A DNA stretch of 64,000 nt, taken from NCBI GenBank assembly GCA_041687695.1, contig JAWLBL010000007.1:64001-128000 (forward strand). The letters run 5' to 3'. The translations under genes and the position numbers were made by a program. Below are positions 8,932 to 21,014 of this stretch, in pieces. Origin of the DNA: Myxococcota bacterium. Lineage in GTDB: Bacteria; Myxococcota_A; UBA9042; PHBI01; JAWLBL01. The notes beneath the pieces are model-generated. The model was not told the DNA's origin and searched no databases. It saw only the letters and a program-made list of their open reading frames with translations. Within the stretch, counting starts at the first letter, position 1; the number at the start of each line of letters is the position of its first letter.

Positions 8932-9312
8932 GGGTCTCTCTCGAGATGGGGGGGCCGCTGGCCCGTTGCAGGGGGGGCTCCGCTGGGGGCGTCGGCGCGC
9001 CTTGGCGGAGCACGCGCTGCGCGTGGAGACGTACGGGCGACCCTGCGCAGCGCGAGCGCGTCCTCGGGCACCGCCGCCCGGGACGTAAATACAAGTCGGG
9101 CGATCGGGCCGTTTCGTTGCGCGGTTTCTCGACGAATCGCACATCGCTTCGGAATCGCTACGTTTTTTGCGCTGGCCGGGACGTGCCTCAGGCGCGATCG
9201 GTCCGGCGACCTGGCCCGCGGAGCGTCGCCGGTGGGTGGGCCACTCGCGTCCGTCGCGCCGCGCCGGGGCGGCCTAATGCGCCGAGGTCAGCAGCTCTTG
9301 CGAAGCGTTGCG

Positions 9313-10707
<1,395 letters not shown>

Positions 10708-10892
10708 GCACCCGTGGCCTGGATACTACCAAGGTGGCGTCCGCGGGCCACGGCCGGAAGTGGCCAGCTGGTTACCACCTGCGCCGAACGCGACGACCTG
10801 CTGCGCGGATCGCGACAGCGGCGTGGGGCCGTGAGGAGGCCCAGCCGGTCTCGGACTCAATGGTTACGCAAGGTTGTCGCGATCTGGCGCGC

Positions 10893-10909
10893 TTGGCCCG
10901 GAGCTTGCT
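10893..10909 (+). promoter_or_regulatory. Putative sigma-54 (-24/-12) promoter
   Basis: TTGGCCCGGAGCTTGCT has GG-N10-GC spacing close to TGGCACG-N4-TTGCW and lies divergent from a sigma-54 activator gene. Confidence 0.65.
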
Positions 10910-10985
10910 TGACAGGGCGGCGGCAGGGGAAGCCGACGGCGTCACCGTGCAACGTGCGGAGAGGCCCGTGAGAACAGACAGCAAC

Positions 10986-11732
10986 ATGCAGGCTCGCGCC
11001 GTCGCGGCGTCCGAGGGCGCCGCCACTCGTCCGACGCTCGTCCGCCGCGCGGACGCACGCGTGGGATCCGGCCGCGTGTCGGGGCCACGGCGCCCGACGG
11101 CGGTGTCCGCGTCGCTGCAGCTCTCCGCCTGGTTCCGAGGCGTGCCGTTCGAGGCCGTGCTGGACTGCGCCCAACGGCGCTTCGCCGAGCACGGGCTGAC
11201 GCGGCGCGCGGTCGAGCACGGGGCGTTCTTCGACGCTCGGGACGTGCGCCTCGCGTTCGGCAGCCTGGGCCTCCGCATCGCGCCGCGCTCGGAGGACCAC
11301 GTGGTCATCGAGGCGTCGCTCCAGGGCCCGCTGGCCACGGCCGTCGGGCGCCTGCTCCCCACCTTCGAGGCGCTCGTGCGCGACGAGGCGGCGCCCGTCG
11401 CCGAGTGCATCCTGGCCGAGGCCGAGGCGCCGATCACCCCGTTCTTCACGCACTCGTTCTTCCATGGCCTGGCGCTGGCCCCGCGTCACGTGCCCCGCCC
11501 CGATGGCGGCGTGACCCGCCTCGCTCCGCCCCACCGCGGGTTCTGGGGCCGCGGCACCCGCCGGCTCCACTTCGTCTCGCGCTGGCTCCTCGGCGCGCCC
11601 AGCGTGCCGCCTCCCGACCAGTGGTCGTCCCAGCTCGGCGCGCCCTGGCGGCTCACCACCGGCGGCATCCTCTTCGACTGCGGCTGGAGCGCGGCCTGGA
11701 GCACGAACGCGTCCGCGCTCACCGGATCGTAG
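10986..11732 (+). CDS. Hypothetical protein
   Basis: Open frame with coding-like composition downstream of the sigma-54 motif; ATG 10986 chosen; no family recognised. Confidence 0.55.
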   Translation: MQARAVAASEGAATRPTLVRRADARVGSGRVSGPRRPTAVSASLQLSAWFRGVPFEAVLDCAQRRFAEHGLTRRAVEHGAFFDARDVRLAFGSLGLRIAPRSEDHVVIEASLQGPLATAVGRLLPTFEALVRDEAAPVAECILAEAEAPITPFFTHSFFHGLALAPRHVPRPDGGVTRLAPPHRGFWGRGTRRLHFVSRWLLGAPSVPPPDQWSSQLGAPWRLTTGGILFDCGWSAAWSTNASALTGS

Positions 11733-11781
11733 CCCCTGCGCCCCGGAAGCTATGGCACCCTCGGTGGGTTGCAGGGGCTCC

Positions 11782-14565
11782 ATGTCCGATCCCATCGTCA
11801 GGGCCCTCGAGCGGGCCACCCACGCGTCCGTCGTGCGCGGCGCGCTCGCCGACCGCCTCACCTGGGCCGGCGACGCCAGCATCTACCGCCTCGTGCCGCG
11901 GGTCGTCGTCTTCCCGCGGCACGAGGCGGACGTCCAGGCCATCCTCCGTGTTGCATCGCAACATCAGGCGCCCCTGTGCTTCCGCGCGGGCGGGACCAGC
12001 CTGTCCGGTCAGGCCGTCACCGACGGCATCCTCGTCGTCGTCAGTCGCCACCTCAGACGCATCGAGGTCCACCCGGGCGCGGACCGGGTCAGCGCCGAGC
12101 CCGGCGCCGTGGGGGCCTGGGTCAACGCGGCCCTGGCGCCCCACGGCCGGCGCATCGGCCCCGATCCGGCGAGCCTCCAGGCGGCGGAGATCGGCGGCAT
12201 CGTGGCCAACAACGCCTCGGGGATGTGCTGCGGCGTCGCCCAGAACAGCTACCACACCGTGACCGGGCTCGAGCTCGTGCTGGCCGACGGCACCTACGTC
12301 GACACGGCGGCCCCGGACGCCGACGAGCGCCTGTGGCGCGAGCGCCCGGAGGTCGCCCAGGGGCTCTTGGCGTTGGCGGCCGACCTGCGCGGGGACGAGG
12401 CCCTCGCGCGCCGCGTGCGGGCGTCCTTCGAGACGAAGAACACGGTCGGCTATGGCCTCAACGCGCTGCTCGACGCCGACACCCCCGCGGGCATCCTGCA
12501 GCGGGTCGTCGTGGGCTCCGAGGGCACGCTGGCCTTCATCGCACGCGCGACCTTCCGCACCCTTCCGCTGCCCCGACATCGGGCCACCGCGTGGCTGCTC
12601 TTCCCGGACGTCGAGGCCGCCGCGGCCGCCGTGCCCGCGCTCTCCGAGGCCGGCGCGGCCGCCATCGAGCTGCTCGACGCCGTCGCCCTGCGGCGGGTCG
12701 CCGATCGCCTGCCCGACCCGGTGCCGCCGGGTGAGCCGGCCGCCCTGCTGATCGAGGTGCAGGAGGCCGAGGAAGACGCGCTGCAGGCCCGGTCCGAGGC
12801 GATCCGGCGGGTCCTGGCCGGGCTGAAGCTGGCCGCGCCGGCCGAGCTGTCGCGCGACCCGGCGCGTCAGGCGGCCTGGTGGAGCATACGCAAGGGCCTG
12901 TTCCCCTCGGTGGGCGCCGTGCGCGCCAAGGGCACGGCGGTCCTCATCGAGGACGTCACCTTCCCTCGCGATCGGCTCGCCGAGGGCGTGCGAGCGCTGC
13001 GCGCGTGCTTTCGGACCCACGGCTACGACGACGCGGTGGTCTTCGGGCACGCGCGCGACGGCAACCTGCACTTCACGCTGACCCCGGATCTGTCGCGGCC
13101 CGAGGAGATCGCCCGCTACGACGCCTTCATGCAGGACCTCGTGGCGCTGGTCCTCGCCCGGGGCGGGCACCTCAAGGCCGAGCACGGCACGGGACGCAAC
13201 ATGGCCCCCTTCGTGCAAGCCCAGTGGGGCCCCGAGGCGCTGGGGCTCATGCAGCGCCTCAAGCGCCTGCTGGACCCGGAGGGCCTGCTCAACCCCGGGG
13301 TCGTGCTGTCGGACGATCCGCGCGCCCACCTGGCTCACCTCAAGACCCTGCCGCCGGCCGACCCGCTGGTCGACGCCTGCATCGAGTGCGGCTTCTGCGA
13401 GCCGGTCTGCCCGAGCCGGGACGCGACCCTGTCACCGCGGCAGCGCATCACCGCGCTCCGCTGGATGCGCGCCGGCGGCGCCGAGGGCCGGGCCATGGCC
13501 TCGGTGTGGCAGCACCGGGGCCTGGACACCTGCGCCACCGACGGGCTGTGCCGCACGGCCTGCCCGGTCGGCATCGACACGGGCGATCTCGTCAAGGCCG
13601 AGCGCGCCGCCGGCCGCGGTCCCCTGTCGCGCCGCGCCGCCGCCGCCATGGAGCAGCGCTTGGGGGGCACGGCGACCCTGACCCGCGTGGGGCTCGGGGC
13701 CATGCGGCTGTCGGCCGGCCGCCTCCCGGGGCGCGCCGTCCCCGTGCCGCCGCCCGCGCCGCGCCTGCCGGCCGCGTGGCCCGAGGCCGAGCCGGGCGCG
13801 CCCACCTTCGTGTACCTGCCGACCTGCCTGACGCGCACCATGGGCCCCGACCCGGTCCCCGCCCAGCTGGCGGCGTTGTGCAGCGCAGCAGGGGTCGGCC
13901 TCCGCGTCCCGGCGCGGGCCGACGCGCTCTGCTGCGGGCAGCCCTTCGAGAGCAAGGGCTTCCCCGAAGCCGCGGCCCAGGCGGCCGAACGCACCGCGCG
14001 CGCCCTGGTCGCGGGCGCCACCGAGCACGGGGCCATCGCGGGCGTCGTCACCGACACCTCGACCTGCGCCGGGCAGCTCGAGCGGGCCAGCCGCGCCTTG
14101 CCCGCGTCGCTCGCGGCGTCCTGGGAGGCCTTGCCCCGGCTGCATCCGGCGGCCTTCGCGCGCGACGTCCTGATCCCGCGCCTCGAGGCCCGCGGGCGGC
14201 TGTCACGCTGGGTGGACCGCGTGGTCGTCCATCCGACCTGCAGCGAGCAGAAGGCCGGGTGGGCCTCGGCGCTGCGCGAGGCCGCGGGCGCCGCGGCGCG
14301 GGACGTGGTGGTGCCGGCGGCCGTGGGCTGCTGCGGGATGGCGGGCGACCGAGGCTGGATCGTGCCGGAGCTGACCGCGGCCGCGACCGCGCGCGAGGCC
14401 GAGGAGGTCCGGGCTCGCGGCGCGACCCTCGGGGTCTCGACCAGCGTCACGTGCGGGGCCGCCCTCGCCGCGAGCGCGGGCGTCGACTACCGGCATCTGT
14501 TCACGGTGCTCGCCGAGGCGCTGGTTCACCAGCCGAGCGCCAGCACCGAGAAGCCGACGACGTAG
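11782..14565 (+). CDS. FAD-binding and Fe-S-binding oxidoreductase (Dld-II-type D-lactate dehydrogenase-like)
   Basis: [38 protein letters not shown] and [10 protein letters not shown] motifs; [12 protein letters not shown] and [12 protein letters not shown] ferredoxin motifs; CCG domains. Confidence 0.92.
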   Translation: MSDPIVRALERATHASVVRGALADRLTWAGDASIYRLVPRVVVFPRHEADVQAILRVASQHQAPLCFRAGGTSLSGQAVTDGILVVVSRHLRRIEVHPGADRVSAEPGAVGAWVNAALAPHGRRIGPDPASLQAAEIGGIVANNASGMCCGVAQNSYHTVTGLELVLADGTYVDTAAPDADERLWRERPEVAQGLLALAADLRGDEALARRVRASFETKNTVGYGLNALLDADTPAGILQRVVVGSEGTLAFIARATFRTLPLPRHRATAWLLFPDVEAAAAAVPALSEAGAAAIELLDAVALRRVADRLPDPVPPGEPAALLIEVQEAEEDALQARSEAIRRVLAGLKLAAPAELSRDPARQAAWWSIRKGLFPSVGAVRAKGTAVLIEDVTFPRDRLAEGVRALRACFRTHGYDDAVVFGHARDGNLHFTLTPDLSRPEEIARYDAFMQDLVALVLARGGHLKAEHGTGRNMAPFVQAQWGPEALGLMQRLKRLLDPEGLLNPGVVLSDDPRAHLAHLKTLPPADPLVDACIECGFCEPVCPSRDATLSPRQRITALRWMRAGGAEGRAMASVWQHRGLDTCATDGLCRTACPVGIDTGDLVKAERAAGRGPLSRRAAAAMEQRLGGTATLTRVGLGAMRLSAGRLPGRAVPVPPPAPRLPAAWPEAEPGAPTFVYLPTCLTRTMGPDPVPAQLAALCSAAGVGLRVPARADALCCGQPFESKGFPEAAAQAAERTARALVAGATEHGAIAGVVTDTSTCAGQLERASRALPASLAASWEALPRLHPAAFARDVLIPRLEARGRLSRWVDRVVVHPTCSEQKAGWASALREAAGAAARDVVVPAAVGCCGMAGDRGWIVPELTAAATAREAEEVRARGATLGVSTSVTCGAALAASAGVDYRHLFTVLAEALVHQPSASTEKPTT

Positions 14566-15560
14566 AGCCCCGCGATGAGGGCGCTCTCGAAGCCGATGTT
14601 GCCGATGCCGTGGCGCTCGCGCGCGAGCAGGCCCATGACGAGCAGCGCCGTCATGATGGTCGTGATGGCCATCACGAAGTGCTCGTCGGGCCCGATGGCG
14701 TGGTAGATGGAGCCCTGGCGGTAGGACACGTCGGCCGCGGCCGTGAACAGGACGTCGAAGGCGTTGCCGCCGATGATCTCACTGACCGCCAGGGTGACCG
14801 CGCCCTGGCGAACGGCGGCCACCGCCACGACCAGCTCGGGGGTCGAGGTGGTCACGGCCGTGAACAGCCCGCCGACGACCGCGTCGCTGAGCCCCGAGCG
14901 CGCGGCGACGCTGAGGCCGGCCTCGGCCACGACCCAGCCCAGGCTGCCGGTCACCGCCGCCAGGATCCCGAAGGTGGCCAGGACCCGCCACAGGGCCTTG
15001 GGTGTCCTGTTCCGCGCGTCCGGGACGTCCGCGACGGTCGCCGAGGTGGCGCGCGGACGCCATTGAGGATCCACCGACGCGCGCCGGACCAGCGCCAGCC
15101 CCCCGAGGTAGGCGCAGAACAGCACGGGCGTGACGGGGTGGACGCCCAGGACCGTCCACTCGGGGCTGGCGGCGCCCAACGTCACGAGCCCGATGAGGGC
15201 GATGAGCAGGGTGCCGCTCATCATGTTGGGCACGGAGGCGGCGGCGTGCTCGAGGTTGGCGCGCCGGTAGGTCGCGTCGGCGATGGCGAGGAACACGGTC
15301 TGGGCCGCGATGCCGCCCATGCCGTTGGCGACGGCCAGCTTGGGGCGGCCCTCGGCGCCGGCCACGATCGAGGTGATGATGCCCGGCAGCGAGGTCGAGG
15401 CGCCGACCAGGAGGGCGCCGGTCAGCGCCTCGCCCAGGCCCGTGCGGTCGGCCAGCTCGTCGGCCACCGCGGCCAGCCGCGTCCCGGCGACGGCGATGGC
15501 CGCGCCGGCGACCACGAAGGCGAGGAAGTCGACCCAGAGGGGCGAGTCGATGCCGAACAA
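14526..15560 (-). CDS. Sodium:calcium (cation) antiporter
   Basis: Two alpha repeats ([15 protein letters not shown]...GGNAFD); multiple TM helices. Confidence 0.9.
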   Translation of the reverse strand: MFGIDSPLWVDFLAFVVAGAAIAVAGTRLAAVADELADRTGLGEALTGALLVGASTSLPGIITSIVAGAEGRPKLAVANGMGGIAAQTVFLAIADATYRRANLEHAAASVPNMMSGTLLIALIGLVTLGAASPEWTVLGVHPVTPVLFCAYLGGLALVRRASVDPQWRPRATSATVADVPDARNRTPKALWRVLATFGILAAVTGSLGWVVAEAGLSVAARSGLSDAVVGGLFTAVTTSTPELVVAVAAVRQGAVTLAVSEIIGGNAFDVLFTAAADVSYRQGSIYHAIGPDEHFVMAITTIMTALLVMGLLARERHGIGNIGFESALIAGLYVVGFSVLALGW

Positions 15561-15654
15561 GGGAGCGCTCCTGCGCGGTGGGTGGGGCGCGCAGGATACC
15601 GTCGGAGCGCGGCCCGCGAGCGCGTCGGGTCGTGAGCCCGGCGGCTCGCGGCGC

Positions 15655-16905
15655 TCACCAGGTGAACGCGCCCGCCACTCCTGGCGCGAAGGTGCGCCGG
15701 CCGGCCGCGTCGACGCCGCCGTCCATCAGGGTCGGTGCCAGCCGGAGGGCGGTCACCGGCTGGTCGGGCGCGTCGAAGTCGCGTGTCACGATGGCGGCGA
15801 GCCCCAGGCCGACGACCGCCCCGCCCGCCACGAGCGCGGCCATGGTCTCTCCGTCGAAGTCGTCGCCCTGGACGATCGACGACACCGCGACGCCGCCCAG
15901 CATGCCGCCCAGACCACCCAGATCGATGAAGAGCACCCGGGCGCGGCTCATCTTGACCTGCGTCGCCAGGACCGCCGCGCCCGCGGTGCCGACGAGCGAG
16001 CCGAACAGCATGGTGCCCGTGAAGTCGTCGTCGTGCTGCAGATCGGCGGCCCCCGCGATGAGCGCGCCCAGGATCCCTCCCCACAGGCCGCCCGAGTGGA
16101 TGAGCGCGACGTCACCGCGCGAGGCCCCCGCGTAGTGGGCGCCCAGGCCGCCGCCGAGGCCGGTCAGCGCACCCATCGACCACACGAGGGTCGCGGCCTG
16201 CTCGGTGGTGTCGTCGAGGTCGAAGGCCTCCTGGGCGAGCAGCCCCCAGAACGTGCCCAGCTGCAGGCCCGCGTTGATGCCCGCGGCGGTGCCCCCGCGC
16301 AGCGGCGTGTCCATGTGGTCCAGGGCGTAGGCCCCCAGGGCCCCCGCAGCGCCCGACAGGAAGGACAAGGGGACGACGACATCCTCGTCGAGGTCCATCA
16401 TGACGCCGAACACGTACGCGCCGGTCCACGCGCCGAACACCGACATGTTGATGTAGGTCTCGGCGATGGTCTCGGAGTCGGCCTCGGCGCGCGGGTCGCG
16501 GCTGCTGCGGACGACGGGCGCGTCCGGCGGCGGGACCCAGTCCCCGGGCCCGGTGCGGGTGGGGGGGACGCCGACGAGGGGCCCGTTCGGCGCGAGGGCG
16601 CCACGCTCGAGGGCGACGAGCAGCTTGTCGATGACCCCCTCGAGCCAGTGGCCGGGGCCGATGACGCCGCGCGCCGTGTCGAGGTGGTCGCGCGCGCCGG
16701 CGCGGTCGCCGCGGGCCCAGGCGTCCGCCGCCAGCTCGAGCGCCCGCCGGGCGGCCAGGGGCACCTCCTGCGACGGTGGGGCGGGCGGTGGGGCGGGCGG
16801 GTGGACGATCGGCGGGGCGGTCTCCTGGGCCCGGGCCGTCCCGGTCAGCGCGCAGGGCAGGCAGGGGACCAACGTGAGGGCGACGAACGCCGCGACGAGG
16901 CGCAT
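15655..16905 (-). CDS. Hypothetical exported Gly-rich hydrophobic protein
   Basis: Signal peptide MRLVAAFVALTL; Pro-rich linker; many GxxxG helices; terminal aromatic residue (AGAFTW). Confidence 0.75.
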   Translation of the reverse strand: MRLVAAFVALTLVPCLPCALTGTARAQETAPPIVHPPAPPPAPPSQEVPLAARRALELAADAWARGDRAGARDHLDTARGVIGPGHWLEGVIDKLLVALERGALAPNGPLVGVPPTRTGPGDWVPPPDAPVVRSSRDPRAEADSETIAETYINMSVFGAWTGAYVFGVMMDLDEDVVVPLSFLSGAAGALGAYALDHMDTPLRGGTAAGINAGLQLGTFWGLLAQEAFDLDDTTEQAATLVWSMGALTGLGGGLGAHYAGASRGDVALIHSGGLWGGILGALIAGAADLQHDDDFTGTMLFGSLVGTAGAAVLATQVKMSRARVLFIDLGGLGGMLGGVAVSSIVQGDDFDGETMAALVAGGAVVGLGLAAIVTRDFDAPDQPVTALRLAPTLMDGGVDAAGRRTFAPGVAGAFTW

Positions 16906-17098
16906 GGGGGCTCCCGAGAGACGTCGATGCAGCGGAGAGGGAGACGAGGCGGCCCATCCTAGCGGCCCAGGGCGACCCCCGCCACAACCGCCGCAGGGGC
17001 GCTGGCGGTGCGTCCGACGCAAGTGGCTGAAATTGACCGCCTTCCGGTCGCGTGCTACCGCCCGGGCCCTGCGCCCAACCCCGGCCCTGGAGTCCGTC

Positions 17099-19150
17099 AT
17101 GTCGCCTCGCCCGTCTCCGTTCGGTCCCGTCCTGGTGGCGTCTTGCCTGGCCGCCGCCGTGACCCTGCCGGCGTCCGAGGCCGCGGCCGCCGCCGACGTC
17201 CAGCTGTTCTGGGTCGACACGGCGGCGAAGGTCGTCCGGACCGGCGACCCCGACGGCGCCTCGGCCCAGAACGTCGTCGGGACCCCGGCGGTCGCAGGCC
17301 GCCTGATCCTCGATCCCGCCGCCGGTCACCTGTACTTCAGCGGCATCGGCGGCGCGAGCTACGAGGTCCGCCGTGCCGACCTGGACGGCGACGGCGCGGG
17401 CCTGGTCGCCCAGACCGGCGCGGGCAACATCGCCCCCTTCGCGGTCGACCCGAAGGCGCAGCGCGTCTTCTTCGCCGACTTCGACGCCCTGCGCCGCATG
17501 GGTTTTGGCGACAGCGGGTCTGAGATCATCGCGCCCGGCTTCCCGGACGCGTGGTCCACCCAGACCTACGGCCTGGACTGGCACGCCGCCTCGGGGCGCC
17601 TCTTCTGGCTCGCCGCCGAGTACCTGGGCGGCCCGCCCGGCCGCTGCCGCCTCACGTCGATGCTACCGGACGGGTCCGACCCGCAGGTGCTGTTCGAGGA
17701 GGTCGGCGCCTGCACGGGCGAGGGGCTGGTCGCCACGGACGACGGGGTCTACTTCGTGGCGGAGGGGCACATCCAGCGGGTGGATCACGACGGCGCTGGG
17801 CCCGAGGTGCTGGTCGCGGACGCGGCGGCCAAGAGCCTGGACGTGGATCTCGAGGGGCCGCACCTGTACTGGCTGACCAGCGACTCGGTGCGCCGTGCCG
17901 GGCTGGACGGGTCGTCGCCCGAGACGCTGTTCGCGCTCAGCGCCGCGGCGAGCCTCCGCGTCTACCGGCAGCCGCCGCCCTGCGAGCTCGCCACGCACGA
18001 GGACGGGACGGCGACCCTGACCTGCGGCGCGACCAGCTTCACGCTCGAGAGCGGGGCGAACGCCCTGGTCGCGGCGACGGCGGTCGAGGCGGGCGAGCCC
18101 TGCGCGTTCGGCGGCCACCGGGTGCAAGTGGGCGCGGATGACGGCTCGGGCGGAGCGATCGCCAAGGACGGGGTGCTGCAGGCCGGCGAGGTCGACCAGA
18201 CCTTCTACGCCTGCGACGGCGCGCCGGGCGCCGACGGAGCGGCGGGGGTGAGCGCGCTGGTCGAGGTGAGCGCGCTGGAGGCCGGCGACCCGCTGTGTCC
18301 GGCCGGTGGGCAGTGGGTGGCCTTCGGGCTGGACGCCGACGGCGACGGGGCGCTGCAGGCCGGCGAGGTCGCGGGTGGCGAGGCGGTCTGCCACGGCGAG
18401 GACGGCGCCCCGGGGGCCGCGGCCCTCGTCGTGTCGAGTCCGGTCGACGATCCCGAGGTGTGCCCGGCCGGCGGCTGGTCCATCGCGGTGGGCCACGACG
18501 CCGACGGCGACGGGACGCTGGGCGAGGGCGAGGTCACGCACGAGGCCGTGGTCTGTCACGGCGCGCCCGGCGAGGACGGCAAGTCCGCGCTGCTGGTGGT
18601 CACGGCGCTGCCCGCAGGTGACGCGGCGTGCCCGAACGGCGGGCAGCGGGTCGAGGGCGGCGTCGACGCCGACGGCGACGGTCAGCTGGCGGCGGCCGAG
18701 GTGACGCAGTCGGCGGTCGTGTGCCATGGGGCCGAGGGCGCCGACGGGGTCCCGGCGGCCGTCGCGACCACGGCGTTGGCGGCGGGCGAGGGCGGGTGCG
18801 CGCAGGGCGGCTGGCGGGTCGACGTGGGGCTCGATCTCGACGGCGACGGCGCGCTGGACGCCGACGAGATCACGGCGAGCGCGGCGCTGTGCCACGGCGC
18901 CGACGGGCAGGACGGCGCGGCGGGCGACCCCGGGCCTGGCGGGGGCGCGTGCACGGTCGTCGATCACGGCGACGGGTCCGCGTCGATGACCTGTCCCGAC
19001 GGGACCAGCGTGCGCTTTCTGACCGAGGCGCCAGCGGCGGACGGCGGGTGTCGCGGCGGCGCGGCCCCGGTGGCGCCTGGACTCGCGGTGCTGGGGCTGG
19101 CGCTGTGGGCGTGGCGACGGCGCGCCGCGGCGGCCGCGGACCCTGGCTGA
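17099..19150 (+). CDS. Surface protein: YWTD/LDLR-like beta-propeller, five Cys/DxDGDG repeats, MYXO-CTERM-like tail
   Basis: LFWVD, LYFS, LFWL and LYWL blades; repeats C-x-x-GG...G-x-D-x-DGDG-x-L-x3-E; tail GGCRGG...LALWAWRRR. Confidence 0.85.
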   Translation: MSPRPSPFGPVLVASCLAAAVTLPASEAAAAADVQLFWVDTAAKVVRTGDPDGASAQNVVGTPAVAGRLILDPAAGHLYFSGIGGASYEVRRADLDGDGAGLVAQTGAGNIAPFAVDPKAQRVFFADFDALRRMGFGDSGSEIIAPGFPDAWSTQTYGLDWHAASGRLFWLAAEYLGGPPGRCRLTSMLPDGSDPQVLFEEVGACTGEGLVATDDGVYFVAEGHIQRVDHDGAGPEVLVADAAAKSLDVDLEGPHLYWLTSDSVRRAGLDGSSPETLFALSAAASLRVYRQPPPCELATHEDGTATLTCGATSFTLESGANALVAATAVEAGEPCAFGGHRVQVGADDGSGGAIAKDGVLQAGEVDQTFYACDGAPGADGAAGVSALVEVSALEAGDPLCPAGGQWVAFGLDADGDGALQAGEVAGGEAVCHGEDGAPGAAALVVSSPVDDPEVCPAGGWSIAVGHDADGDGTLGEGEVTHEAVVCHGAPGEDGKSALLVVTALPAGDAACPNGGQRVEGGVDADGDGQLAAAEVTQSAVVCHGAEGADGVPAAVATTALAAGEGGCAQGGWRVDVGLDLDGDGALDADEITASAALCHGADGQDGAAGDPGPGGGACTVVDHGDGSASMTCPDGTSVRFLTEAPAADGGCRGGAAPVAPGLAVLGLALWAWRRRAAAAADPG

Positions 19151-19165
19151 GGGCGACGCTGGCGG

Positions 19166-19735
19166 TCAGGGCTCGGAGGCCGCGGGCCAGGCGATGGCGC
19201 CGGCGTGGTCGAGCCACCACAGGATGGCGCACAGCACGACGGCGTTGCGCAGCCCGCCGCTGCGCACCAGATCGCGAACCTCGGCGACCGACAGCAGCAC
19301 GACCTCGATGTCCTCGTCGTCGTCGAGCGCGGTCGGCCCGACCAGGCGACAGCCCTCGGCCAGCAGGGTGTGGCAGGTGTTGTCCTGGTAGGCCGGGTTC
19401 GGGAGTATCCGGCCGATGGGCACCAGCCGCTCGGCCTCGTAGCCGGTCTCCTCGCGCAGCTCGCGCGCGCCCGCGACGAGCGGGTCCTCGCCGTCGTCGA
19501 CGAGGCCGGCCGGGACCTCGAGCTCGAAGTCCCGGGAGCCGTGCCGCCACTGGCGCACCATGACCAGGTGCCCGTCGGGGGTGACCGGGACGACGTTGAC
19601 CCAGTCGGGGCTCTCGAGGACGTAGTAGGGCGCCTCCTTGCCCGTCACCGGGTGCGCCGCGGTGTCGCAGCGCACGTCGAAGATGGGCGTCGGCAGCAGC
19701 GTGCGGGACGAGCGACGTTCGAAGGGCTTGAGCAT
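19166..19735 (-). CDS. NUDIX hydrolase (ADP-ribose pyrophosphatase-like)
   Basis: Nudix box GLVDDGEDPLVAGARELREETG; QWRH; DDDEDIEV. Confidence 0.93.
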   Translation of the reverse strand: MLKPFERRSSRTLLPTPIFDVRCDTAAHPVTGKEAPYYVLESPDWVNVVPVTPDGHLVMVRQWRHGSRDFELEVPAGLVDDGEDPLVAGARELREETGYEAERLVPIGRILPNPAYQDNTCHTLLAEGCRLVGPTALDDDEDIEVVLLSVAEVRDLVRSGGLRNAVVLCAILWWLDHAGAIAWPAASEP

Positions 19736-19771
19736 CGGTGGGGCTCCAGGGGGCCTACTGCGGTGAAGGCG

Positions 19772-20866
19772 TCATAGCGCGGCGCCCGCCGGCTGGCCAC
19801 CACGCCGCTGCTGCGCGTCGCGGGCCCGCTCGATCTTCTCGCGCGCGCGCCGCTCGTCGGTGGCGTCGGGCTCGGGGGGCTCGTGCAGGAGGTGGGCGTC
19901 CGACTCGAGGCTGAGCGTCACGAGGACGGCGAAGTGATCGGAGCCGCAGCGCGGTAGGCGCGCGAGGCCGGCCAGGCGGAAGTGGGGAGAGTGGAAGACG
20001 TGGTCGAGGGGGAAGCGGACGAGGGGGTTGGCGGCGTGGTAGGTGTTGAGCATGCGCCGGCCGCGCCGCGGGTCGAGCAGGCCGCTCATCTTCTGGAAGT
20101 GGCGGGTCGTCTCGGACCAGGCGACGTCGTTCATGTCGCCGGCGACGACCACGGGGCGAGGGCTGTCGACGACCTCGCGCCCGAGGACGAGCAGCTCGGC
20201 GTCGCGCTCGATGGTGTCGGTGTCCTCCTGGGGGGCGGGCGGGCGCGGGTGCATGCAGCTGAGCCGGACGTGCTCGCCGGAGGGCAGGGAGAGCGTCGCG
20301 TGGATCGAGGGGATGTCGGGCTCGACCAGGTAGCGCACCTCGAAGTCGATGAGGCGCAGGCGCGACAGGAGCAGCATCCCGTAGGTGTTGTCCTGCGGCA
20401 CGGAGACGGCGTGCGGGTAGAGGGCTTCGAGCGTCGCCGCCTGCTCGGCCCACCAGGCGTCGACCTCGAGGGCGACGACGCAGTCCGCGCCGGAGCCGGA
20501 CACCATGTCGCGCCAGGCCTGGCCCTCGCGGTTGCGCTGGAGGACGTTGGTGACCAGGACGCGCAGGGTCCGCTCGGGGTGGTCGGCGCGGGCGTCGTGG
20601 ACCTCCTTGGGCCAAAGCCGCGTGTAGGGCAGCATCCGTGCCAGCTGCACGAGCAGGGCGCCGCTCAGCACGGCCAGCGCCACGGCGTCGAGCGGCTCTC
20701 CCGGCCGGCGCGACAGGGCGAGGCCGACGAGGGCCAGCGCGCCGAGCGCCGTGAAGGTCGGGCGCGGGAAGTCGCAGACGCGGATCCACCACGCCTGGTG
20801 GCGCACGATGGGCAGGGCGGTGACCGCCACGACGAGGGCGGCCACGACGAGGGACGCGATACGCAT
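19772..20866 (-). CDS. Membrane-anchored endonuclease/exonuclease/phosphatase family protein
   Basis: TNV, ALE, HPRPP, GDMND, PLDHVF and GSDH motifs; N-terminal TM helices. Confidence 0.9.
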   Translation of the reverse strand: MRIASLVVAALVVAVTALPIVRHQAWWIRVCDFPRPTFTALGALALVGLALSRRPGEPLDAVALAVLSGALLVQLARMLPYTRLWPKEVHDARADHPERTLRVLVTNVLQRNREGQAWRDMVSGSGADCVVALEVDAWWAEQAATLEALYPHAVSVPQDNTYGMLLLSRLRLIDFEVRYLVEPDIPSIHATLSLPSGEHVRLSCMHPRPPAPQEDTDTIERDAELLVLGREVVDSPRPVVVAGDMNDVAWSETTRHFQKMSGLLDPRRGRRMLNTYHAANPLVRFPLDHVFHSPHFRLAGLARLPRCGSDHFAVLVTLSLESDAHLLHEPPEPDATDERRAREKIERARDAQQRRGGQPAGAAL

Positions 20867-21014
20867 CTAAGCTGACTCTGGGTGTTGGGAGGCTGCCCCA
20901 GCGTCGTCGCGGTGACCGCGGACGGCAAGGATGCGCCGCTGGCGGCGCCGGCGGTGACGTGCCAAGCTGCCGCCGGCCGCGAGCGCGCGCGGCCCGAGGA
21001 CCGGAGGAGTCGAG

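Noticed and set aside
8932..9312. DGR template repeat next to the HRDC gene
   Set aside because: I found no adenine-mismatched repeat partner and no reverse transcriptase in the window.
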